Assembly (NCBI GenBank): GCA_005882335.1
Contig: VBAP01000060.1
Span: 850 to 64,849, forward strand
Direction: 5' to 3'
Length of the DNA stretch: 64,000 nucleotides
From: Candidatus Segetimicrobium genomatis
GTDB taxonomy: Bacteria; Sysuimicrobiota; Sysuimicrobiia; Sysuimicrobiales; Kaftiobacteriaceae
In this document: in pieces, positions 1 through 7,661 of the stretch
Numbering within the stretch: position 1 is the stretch's first letter
Layout: the number at the start of each line of letters is the position of its first letter
The notes under the pieces: model-generated
Told to the model about the DNA's origin: nothing
The model's input: only the letters and a program-made list of their open reading frames with translations
Database searches by the model: none
Translations under genes and position numbers: made by a program

Positions 1-591
1 CATCCCGATATCAATAATGGGAGCGCCATAGCCTTCCAGTGAGGACGTCTGGAGGACCGCCTGGTCGGCGGTGTGGTCGACTTGTCGCAACGGCACCTGG
101 GGATCCAGCCATTGCGAGTTCTGCTCAAAGCCGTTGAAGACCAGCGGCCGGCCGACGAAGCCCTCGTCGATGAGGGACTTGGCGTACTGCACCCCCGGGC
201 TGTACCGGAACGTGAACCCCAGCTTTGTGAGTAGCCCTTTCGCCCCGGCGCGCCGAGCCAGCGTCCACGTATCCTGGAACTCATACGCCACAGGTTTCTC
301 GCACAAGACGTGCTTGCCGGCTTCGACGGCGGCGACCGCGAGCGGGTAGTGCGTATGCGACGGGGTGGCGATATCGATCACATCCAGGTCCCGTCGCGAT
401 ACCACCGCCTCCCAGTCGGCGCTGGACTCGCCCGCACCGAACTGCCGCACCGCATCGTCGGCCAGCTCGCGTTTGAGATCGCAGATGACCGCCACATCAC
501 ACCGCGGGTCGCGCAGCCAGCCCGGGATGTGGGCCGCTCGCGCCCATGCCCCGGCACCAAGCACACCGATCCTGAGCTTGCCAGTCGCCAC
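1..591 (-). CDS. Gfo/Idh/MocA family oxidoreductase (partial, runs off the window's left edge)
   Basis: Not in the ORF track. Manual translation from GTG at 591 gives VATGKLRIGVLGAGAWARAAH...DIATPSHTH...GKHVLCEKP, i.e. a Rossmann GxGxxA motif and the CEKP motif. Confidence 0.85.
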   Translation of the reverse strand, partial: MATGKLRIGVLGAGAWARAAHIPGWLRDPRCDVAVICDLKRELADDAVRQFGAGESSADWEAVVSRRDLDVIDIATPSHTHYPLAVAAVEAGKHVLCEKPVAYEFQDTWTLARRAGAKGLLTKLGFTFRYSPGVQYAKSLIDEGFVGRPLVFNGFEQNSQWLDPQVPLRQVDHTADQAVLQTSSLEGYGAPIIDIGM

Positions 592-772
592 GCCACCAGG
601 TCCCTTCGAGGTGCCCGACGAGCGGGTGAACCAACCGAGGCCAGCCGGCTGCTTCCACGCATTCGTCTGCCGCGATGCCAACTCCTGGGAGCGCGGTCCA
701 CGGGAGACCGTCGTGCCTGGACAAGCGGACCCGGGCGGCGGGTGACGAAGTGTCCAGCAGGAGGGTCCAGCC

Positions 773-1063
773 GTGCACTATCTCCTCTTCTACGACGTGG
801 TCGACGATTATGTGGCCAGGCGTGCGCAATTTCGCGACGCCCATCTGAAACTGGCCCGCCAGGCCTTCCAGCGGGGTGAGCTCGTGCTTGCCGGGGCGCT
901 CGCGGATCCCGTCGATGGCGCGGTGCTGATCTTTCGAGGACCGTCTGAGCAGGCCGCAGAAGCATTCGCCCGAGCCGACCCGTACGTCATCAGCGGGCTC
1001 GTCACCAGGTGGCGGGTGCGGAAGTGGACCACCGTGGTGGGCGACGGGGCCTCGCCGCCATGA
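773..1063 (+). CDS. YciI-like protein
   Basis: RAQFRDAHL...LVLAGALADPVDGAVLIF...FARADPYV is the typical YciI pattern; GGAGG RBS upstream. Confidence 0.85.
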   Translation: MHYLLFYDVVDDYVARRAQFRDAHLKLARQAFQRGELVLAGALADPVDGAVLIFRGPSEQAAEAFARADPYVISGLVTRWRVRKWTTVVGDGASPP

Positions 1064-1389
1064 TCGCCCGTCTCTGGTCGGCTGACACGACGCCGGCACA
1101 GGCCCCCGCCTACGCCGAGCACCTGCGGGCCCATGTCTTGCCGGCGCTAAACGCGATCGAGGGATACGCAGGGGCCACGCTCTTGGAACGGACCACCCCG
1201 GCCGCGGTGGAGATCATCGTCATCACGTGGTGGCGGTCGCTGGAGGCCATCCGCGGATTCAGTGGAGCCGACCTCGAGCACGCAGTAATCGCCGATGAGG
1301 CGGCCCGGCTGCTGACCCGGTTCGATCATCGCGTCCGGCACTTCACGCTGGTGGTGGAGGACATCCCCCGCCCGGCGACGGCGGGGTAG
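1060..1389 (+). CDS. Antibiotic biosynthesis monooxygenase-like (dimeric alpha-beta barrel) protein
   Basis: MIARLW...YAEHL...ITWWRSLEAIRGFSG; ATGA overlap with the YciI stop codon. Confidence 0.75.
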   Translation: MIARLWSADTTPAQAPAYAEHLRAHVLPALNAIEGYAGATLLERTTPAAVEIIVITWWRSLEAIRGFSGADLEHAVIADEAARLLTRFDHRVRHFTLVVEDIPRPATAG

Positions 1390-1427
1390 ATCGCCACCCC
1401 CGCGGGCTCGGGAAGACAGCTCCTGGC

Positions 1428-2618
1428 TTACACCGAGTGGGGCGCGCGTGCCCCGACCGCATGCTCCAGTACGCGGCCCACGACCCGGCGGGCGTCGAAA
1501 TGTTCCTCAGCCAGCGCGCGTGCCTGGCGACAGTGCCGGTCGTATTCGGACTCCGCCGTGTCGAGAGCGCGCCCCGCTTCGTCCAGATTCCGGAACCGGA
1601 AGAGCCCGTCGGCGTCGGGCAAGAAGCGGCTCGGGCCGGTATGCTGAACGATGGCGGGCTTTCCACTCGCCAGATAGCAGATGGTCCGGTCGCTGATCCA
1701 GCCGGCTTGGAGCGTCACGTAGGCCGGCTTGGCACAACTGAACTCTCCCCGCGATTGTTGAATGTATGCGCGGTAGTGGTCGGGTGTCGCGCTCACATCC
1801 CAGGCTTCGCGAATCGTCCAGCCCAGCGGCTCCATCTGGCCGCGCCACTCCTCGTAGTGGCGTCCCAGACAGATCGCCAGTTCGAGTTTCGCGGACGTGG
1901 TGGACGGCAGGCGCGCAAATTCTAAGAATGCGGCGCGCTTTTCATTGCTGAAGGTGACTCCGCGATAGTCGAACGTGCCGCCCCACCAATGCGTGAGCGT
2001 GGTGTACGGCGCGCCGGGCTCAGCCGCGGTCTGCGGCCATTCCGGGAGGAACACCGGTGGCGGCGTGTAATGCCACCGCAGGCCGCAGTCAGGGAAGCGG
2101 GTTCCCGGCGCGCCCACGGTTTCTCCGATGGTGAAGTAGAGGTCGTGGGGCGCCACCGCGATGTCGCCCGTGCTCATCCAGATCTGAAGTAGCCCCGGAT
2201 CGGTATCCACAAACGCGGATCGCCGAAAGCGACGGACGACCCGCGCCGGCAACGAGTGCCACAGGTTGACCAGCAGGTCGGCGGTGGCCGCCGCGTCCAG
2301 GTCCAGCGCCATGGCCGCCACGTCCGGCGGCAGCGGGTCACCCGGGAGTGAAAATAGCGCCAGCGATTCCGCCAGCCCGTACGGCTGCAGGCGGGCTCGC
2401 AGCATCGGGACCAGCTTCCGCGGGTCGCCCGCGCGCAGGTGCCGGGGCTTCGACGCCTGGGGCGTTCCTCGAGCACTCGGATCGACGCCTTCAAGCCAGA
2501 TGACCCGGCAGCCGAGGGCCCGCAGCGCCAGCGCCCATTGGAGATAGACCCAGAGATGGCCGCTCCCCTCGGGGTAGTCGATGGTCCTCGCGGGGGCGAG
2601 ACAGACGGTGAGGCTCAC
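1428..2618 (-). CDS. Putative GT-B-fold glycosyltransferase-like protein (paralog C)
   Basis: Motifs GSGHLWVYLQW, DTDPG, SRGEFSCAK and GWISDRTICYLASGKP are shared with two upstream paralogs; the C-terminus resembles CgeB/YkvP-type GT domains. Confidence 0.65.
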   Translation of the reverse strand: MSLTVCLAPARTIDYPEGSGHLWVYLQWALALRALGCRVIWLEGVDPSARGTPQASKPRHLRAGDPRKLVPMLRARLQPYGLAESLALFSLPGDPLPPDVAAMALDLDAAATADLLVNLWHSLPARVVRRFRRSAFVDTDPGLLQIWMSTGDIAVAPHDLYFTIGETVGAPGTRFPDCGLRWHYTPPPVFLPEWPQTAAEPGAPYTTLTHWWGGTFDYRGVTFSNEKRAAFLEFARLPSTTSAKLELAICLGRHYEEWRGQMEPLGWTIREAWDVSATPDHYRAYIQQSRGEFSCAKPAYVTLQAGWISDRTICYLASGKPAIVQHTGPSRFLPDADGLFRFRNLDEAGRALDTAESEYDRHCRQARALAEEHFDARRVVGRVLEHAVGARAPHSV

Positions 2619-3823
2619 GGTACGCTCACCGAGGCGGCCCGGTGCCCGGCCGTGCCGCTGCCGAGCGCCGCGTTGAGCATGGTCGTGAGCACTCGTGTCG
2701 AGTCGAAGTGGGTCTCGGCGATATCTCGGGCGGCGCGGCAGTGGCGCTCGTAATGAGCGTTGATCTCCTCCAGCGCCTCAGCCGCGTCGCGCAGGGAGGT
2801 GAACCGGAACATGCCCTCGCCGTGGGGCAGGTAGGAGCTCGGCCCGGTGTGCTGCACGACGACCGGCTTTCCGCTGGCCAGATAGCACAGTGTCCGGTCG
2901 CTGATCCACGCGTTCTGCAGCTCCATGCACGTCGGCTTGGCGCAGCTGAACTCGCCGCGCGACCGCTGGATGTAGGCGCGGTAGGTCTCGGGGGTGCCGG
3001 CCACCTCCCTCGAGTCACACACGCGCCAGCCGCGCGACTCGAGGCGTGCCCGGTCCGCTGCATCTTTATGTTCGACCAGATATAAGGCGAGCTCGAGCGG
3101 CTGGCGCGTGTGGCGGGGCAGATCGACGAACGGGAGAAACGCCACCCGCTTCGTGTTCTCGCGCAGCACGGTCTTCCCGTCTTCAGTGACTTTCAGCCAG
3201 CTGGCCCCTGACCAGCTTGAGACGGTGGTGAATGCCTCGCACCGTGGATCGTAGACGGCAGGCCAGTCCTCGAGGCTCACCGGGCGACCGACATAGATCC
3301 AGCGGAGCCCGCAATCGGGAAAGCGGGCCGCGCTCGTCCCGACGGTTTCGCCGGTGGTCAGGTAGCAGTCGTGGGGGGGCACGGCGAGTTCGCCGCTGCT
3401 CATCCACAGCTGCAGCAGTCCCGGGTCGATGTCCACGAGCGCCGTGCGCGGGATGGCGGCAAGGAGTCGGGGGTCGATCGCGTAGTGAAAGTTCAGCAAC
3501 AGGTCCGCCCGTCGCAGGATCGCCTCGGCCTCGGCCCAGGTGCATCCGACGAACTCGAGGGCCCCGGGGCCTTCCTCCTGCGTGCGGTCGCGCCTGTACA
3601 GCAGCGTCCTGCCTTCCAACCCGAATTGTTTCATCCGCTCCAGGAAGGTTTCAAGCAGCTCGGGTTCCCGCTTGGGATCGCGGAGCGGTCGGAGCTGCTC
3701 CAGCCAGTAGACCTCGCACCCCAACCGGCGCAGCCCCGCAGCGTACTGCATATAGGCCCAGAAGTGGCCGCCGCCATCCGGAAAGTTGGCCACCTTGTAA
3801 ACCGAGATCACGACCGTGGTCAT
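2615..3823 (-). CDS. Putative GT-B-fold glycosyltransferase-like protein (paralog B)
   Basis: Start moved to ATG 3823 (MTTVVISVY...), which overlaps the upstream stop as ATGA. Motifs GGGHFWAYMQY, DIDPG, SRGEFSCAK, WISDRTLCYLASGKP. Confidence 0.65.
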   Translation of the reverse strand: MTTVVISVYKVANFPDGGGHFWAYMQYAAGLRRLGCEVYWLEQLRPLRDPKREPELLETFLERMKQFGLEGRTLLYRRDRTQEEGPGALEFVGCTWAEAEAILRRADLLLNFHYAIDPRLLAAIPRTALVDIDPGLLQLWMSSGELAVPPHDCYLTTGETVGTSAARFPDCGLRWIYVGRPVSLEDWPAVYDPRCEAFTTVSSWSGASWLKVTEDGKTVLRENTKRVAFLPFVDLPRHTRQPLELALYLVEHKDAADRARLESRGWRVCDSREVAGTPETYRAYIQRSRGEFSCAKPTCMELQNAWISDRTLCYLASGKPVVVQHTGPSSYLPHGEGMFRFTSLRDAAEALEEINAHYERHCRAARDIAETHFDSTRVLTTMLNAALGSGTAGHRAASVSVP

Positions 3824-4503
3824 CGCGCGCCTTCCGGCACGGAGGTGTGGGACACGAGCGCGGGAAGGTCCTTGAAGTTTATGAGGTGGATCGCCATGTC
3901 CCCGATCGCGCCGCGCACGCGGTGGTCGCACAGCGTCCGCAGCTCTACCTCGCGCTCCGCCGTGTAACTTGAGAGGAACTCCGGCTCCACGTAGCCGGGA
4001 TGACAGCTCAGTTCGGTCACGCCGTCGCGGACCTCCGCGTCCAGCAGGTGGACCAGCCCATCGACGCCGATCTGTTCCAGATGCGTTTCGCCGCCCCATT
4101 GGCCGTAGAACTTCGAAAGGTGGTGGATTCCCGAATGTCCCCGCACCGGGACTCCGGCGGGCCGGGCCCAGGCGAGCAGGTGAGGCAGAACTCGCGGGTC
4201 GCGGTGCACGTCATGGTGGGAATCGATGTGGGTGGGAGGAACGCCGATGAGATCACGGAATCGCGCCAGCTGGCGCGCCAGGGCGGCGGGAACGCCTTCG
4301 GAGTCGTCCGGGTCCAGTTCCAGATGGAGTCCGAGGCTCAAGGTCAGATACTGGCGCCCGAGGGACGCCGCCTCCTCACAGGCCGGCCGGGTCACCATGA
4401 GGCTGGCGCTCGTGAGGACCCCACCCCGGTGTGCCTGGACGATCCCGCGGTTGATCCCGCGACTCATCCCGAAGTCATCCCCGGTGACGATGAGCCACTT
4501 CAT
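3820..4503 (-). CDS. ChbG/HpnK (YdjC) family carbohydrate deacetylase
   Basis: LIVTGDDFG, TSASLMV, LGLHL, PTHIDSHHDVH and ELSCHPG motifs. Confidence 0.9.
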   Translation of the reverse strand: MKWLIVTGDDFGMSRGINRGIVQAHRGGVLTSASLMVTRPACEEAASLGRQYLTLSLGLHLELDPDDSEGVPAALARQLARFRDLIGVPPTHIDSHHDVHRDPRVLPHLLAWARPAGVPVRGHSGIHHLSKFYGQWGGETHLEQIGVDGLVHLLDAEVRDGVTELSCHPGYVEPEFLSSYTAEREVELRTLCDHRVRGAIGDMAIHLINFKDLPALVSHTSVPEGAR

Positions 4504-4507
4504 GGCC

Positions 4508-5695
4508 TCACTCGCGCGTCACGCGGCCAGGCCGCCTCGCGCGGGCCGGTCGGCGCGGCCCGATATCCAGAGTCTGCTCCAAGACGCGGGCGACGACATC
4601 GCAGCCGTTGAAATGCTCCTCGGTGAGCTGGCGTGCGAGCCGGGCGTGACGCTCGTAGTCCGACTCCACGGCGGAAAATGCCTGCACCGCCTCGTCCATG
4701 TTTCTGAAGCGAAAGAGCCCCCCAGCATCAGGAAGGACGCGGCTGTCGCCCGTGTGCTGGACGACGGCCGGCTTGCCGCTGGCCAGGTAGCAGAGGGTCC
4801 GGTCGCTGACCCACGCGTTGGCCAGGGTCATGCATGCCGGCTTCGCGCAGCTGAACTCGCCCCGTGATTGCTGGATGTAGGCCCGGTATTGGTCGGGTGT
4901 CGCGCTCACGTCCCAGGCCTGCCGGACCTGCCACCCCAAGGGCTCCAGACGGGCCCGCCAGTCGTCATAATGCTCGCCCAGACAGATGGCCAGCTCGAGG
5001 CTCGCACAGATCCGGGACGGGAGTTCCTTGTATTCCAGGAACGAGACGTGCTTTTCCTCGTTGATGACCTGTCCCCCAAACTCGAATCGGCTTCCCCACC
5101 AGTGGGTAACCGTCGTATAGGGTGCGGTCGAGTCCACCGAGACTGTCGGCCACGCCGGCAGGAACACCGGCGGCGGCGTGTACAGCCAGCGGAGGCCGCA
5201 GTCGGGGAAACGCGCCGCTGACGTCCCGACGGTCTCGCCAATGGTGAAATAGAGATGATGTGAGGCCACTTGTACGTCGCCCCGGGTCATCCAGATCTGC
5301 AGCAGCCCCGGGTCGGTATCGACGAATGCGGCGCGTCGGAAACGGTTCACCACAGACGCGGGAAGGGAATGCCACAGGTTCAGCAGCAGGTCGGCCTCGG
5401 AGGCCGCGTCGAGATCCATGGCGTGCTCGGTCACGTCGGGCGGAAGGGGCTCGTCCGTCAGCGAGCAGAGCGCGACGGAGTCTGCCAGGCCGTAAGGCTT
5501 CAAGCGTTGCTTGAGCGTGGTAGCCAACTCCCGGGGATCACGCTCGGGATCGCCGGGGTCGATGCCTTCGAGCCAGATGACCCGCCAACCCAATGCCAGC
5601 AGTGACAGCGCCCACTGCAGGTACACCCACAGGTGGCCGCCGCCGTGAGGATACATAATGGTCCGCGCCGCCGCCAGACAGATCGCTGCGCTCAT
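4508..5695 (-). CDS. Putative GT-B-fold glycosyltransferase-like protein (paralog A)
   Basis: Visibly very similar to 1428-2618 (GGGHLWVYLQW, DTDPGLLQIWM, SRGEFSCAK, SDRTLCYLASGKP). Confidence 0.65.
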   Translation of the reverse strand: MSAAICLAAARTIMYPHGGGHLWVYLQWALSLLALGWRVIWLEGIDPGDPERDPRELATTLKQRLKPYGLADSVALCSLTDEPLPPDVTEHAMDLDAASEADLLLNLWHSLPASVVNRFRRAAFVDTDPGLLQIWMTRGDVQVASHHLYFTIGETVGTSAARFPDCGLRWLYTPPPVFLPAWPTVSVDSTAPYTTVTHWWGSRFEFGGQVINEEKHVSFLEYKELPSRICASLELAICLGEHYDDWRARLEPLGWQVRQAWDVSATPDQYRAYIQQSRGEFSCAKPACMTLANAWVSDRTLCYLASGKPAVVQHTGDSRVLPDAGGLFRFRNMDEAVQAFSAVESDYERHARLARQLTEEHFNGCDVVARVLEQTLDIGPRRPARARRPGRVTRE

Positions 5696-6765
5696 GATGC
5701 TCCCACCAGCGGCGGCCGGAGGGCCTCAAACCACTGCTCGTAGGCGATCAGCTCCGCAAATCCCCAGTCGGCGCCGTCGTTCAACAGCGCCATGGCGTCA
5801 AAGAGAATACAGTGGGCGTAACGCGCGGCCTCCGCGGTGTGAAACAGCAGGTTTAACTCCGCGTCTGAAGGCAAGCGCCGGCCCGCCCGCTCCACGGCCT
5901 CGCGGTACCGGCGCAGCATCCACGGCCGCTCGTCGGGAGAGGACTGGTACAGGAGCGTGGAGACATCATAGCTGAACGGCCCTGCGCCGACATGGTCCCA
6001 ATCGATGAGCCGCGGGTGCGGGGCGGCGGCATTCATGCTCACGAAGATATTTTTCGGCCAGAGGTCGCCGTGGAGGAGGGTATCGGGCCCGCCATGCTCC
6101 TTCATGAGTCGAACGCGCCGCGGGGCGTCCTCGAGGAGTGTATGCAGGCGGTCCAGCAGGCGCGTCCGCGCGGCCGGGAACTCAGGTGGCGCGTCCCGCG
6201 GGAGGTCCGCAAGCGCGTCAAGCGCATCGATGGCGTCCCGGAGGTTCGAGAGGAAGAAGGGCGCCCCATGGTCGCGGGCGCGGCAACGGATCTCGGGTAT
6301 GAGCGAGTGGCCCGCCGCACGGGTGTGGAGCTCGGCGATAAGATCGACCGCCGCCTCCAGGCGCCACGGCAGGCGCTGCGCGGCGAGGTTGTCGTGGCCC
6401 AGATCCTCATAGATGTGCCACGTCCAGCGTCCCTCTCGCTCAGCCGCGGCTGCCAGGAGCTGCGGGCAGCGGTCTTCGAAGCCGAGCGCAGGGAGCCATC
6501 GTTCTGCGACGAGGCGATCTATTTGTGCAATGGCCGGGGTGTGGCGTTTGAGCACGAGCGCGCGACCGGGTCCGTCGCCGACCCGCAGCCGATACACCGC
6601 CTGCTTCAGCCGCTCAAGACGGATCGCCCCGTTCGAGCTCTCCGCGCGGCCGAGCATCTCCTGCAACCGCTGGTAGACCTCCGCCGCGCCGGGTTCCCGC
6701 CTCTCCTCAAGCGAGCGTACAAATCCCTGGCGCAGGTCGACGTCTTGACTCACCCGGCTCGTCAT
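5692..6765 (-). CDS. APH/choline-kinase-like phosphotransferase
   Basis: VLKRH lysine, TLLHGDLWPKN Brenner motif, LIDWD metal-binding motif. Confidence 0.8.
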   Translation of the reverse strand: MTSRVSQDVDLRQGFVRSLEERREPGAAEVYQRLQEMLGRAESSNGAIRLERLKQAVYRLRVGDGPGRALVLKRHTPAIAQIDRLVAERWLPALGFEDRCPQLLAAAAEREGRWTWHIYEDLGHDNLAAQRLPWRLEAAVDLIAELHTRAAGHSLIPEIRCRARDHGAPFFLSNLRDAIDALDALADLPRDAPPEFPAARTRLLDRLHTLLEDAPRRVRLMKEHGGPDTLLHGDLWPKNIFVSMNAAAPHPRLIDWDHVGAGPFSYDVSTLLYQSSPDERPWMLRRYREAVERAGRRLPSDAELNLLFHTAEAARYAHCILFDAMALLNDGADWGFAELIAYEQWFEALRPPLVGAS

Positions 6766-7661
6766 CGCTCACCTGCCGTGGGCATTGTACTCACCGCACC
6801 GGCGCGGCCGGGACCGCTGGCTCTTGTCTCCGCCGGCTCACGCAACGGCTGCGCCCGGGCGGCGCGCTTGGCCGTATCATACAGGTACGACGCCAGATGC
6901 GAGGGCGCGTCAGGGACGCCTTTGAACCCGGGCATGCTGGACATGTCGACGACGTACGGTCTCCCCTCACTCTCAACGATGTCGATGCCGAAGAGGTCGA
7001 TGCCGAACGCCCGGCTGCAGCGCAGGGTGATTTCGCAGAGTTCCCGGGCGGGGATGAACGGTTCCCCATGTTTCTCCGCCTCGGTCCTGGCCGGGAAGAT
7101 TTTCTTGACCCCGAACAGGCGCCCTCCGATCGAGTAGATCTTCCGGTCGCGGCCCTGGGGCGGATGGTAGCGCTGGGCGAAGAGGGGATCCTTACCCGCC
7201 GGCACCGCGGCAAGCTCGCTCAAGGTACGGACGATACGCACCCCAAACCCCTCGGTGCCCCCCACGGGCTTCACGACAAGCGGTCCCCCGTCCAGCAGCG
7301 GTGCCAGCTGGTGCAGATGCGAGGCGACATAGGTCGCAGGCGTGGGCACGCCGGCGGCCTGCAGCAGGCGGGAGGTGATGATCTTGTCGCGCAGCGCCAT
7401 GGTCACCGGGTACGGATTGACGATCGCCGCGCCCTGGGCGTGCAGCACTCCCGCGATGCTCACGGCGGGGCCACTGATCTTCTTCAAGACGTACAGATCG
7501 TGCTCGACCTGGAGGGTGGACAGGTCGACCGCATGATCCCGGGGGTGGATCACCTCGACGATGACGCCCCACTCCGCGAGCGTCCGCATGACCGCCGGCA
7601 TGTGGCTTCTGCTCGGCTGATGGTAGCGCGGCAGCAGGAATCCGATCCGTAGCGGCGTCAT
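6762..7661 (-). CDS. RimK-like ATP-grasp ligase
   Basis: RDKIIT, GVPTPAT, PLVVKPVGGTEGFGV, FAQRY, FGIDIV and PGFKGV are RimK/ATP-grasp features. Confidence 0.8.
   Translation of the reverse strand: MTPLRIGFLLPRYHQPSRSHMPAVMRTLAEWGVIVEVIHPRDHAVDLSTLQVEHDLYVLKKISGPAVSIAGVLHAQGAAIVNPYPVTMALRDKIITSRLLQAAGVPTPATYVASHLHQLAPLLDGGPLVVKPVGGTEGFGVRIVRTLSELAAVPAGKDPLFAQRYHPPQGRDRKIYSIGGRLFGVKKIFPARTEAEKHGEPFIPARELCEITLRCSRAFGIDLFGIDIVESEGRPYVVDMSSMPGFKGVPDAPSHLASYLYDTAKRAARAQPLREPAETRASGPGRAGAVSTMPTAGER

Noticed and set aside
3824..4099. Extension of paralog B to 494 aa
   Set aside because: It overlaps the YdjC gene; similarity to the paralogs begins at ATG 3823.
5692..6765. Aminoglycoside resistance gene
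   Set aside because: Only the general APH-like fold motifs are present, and the biosynthetic operon context argues against resistance.
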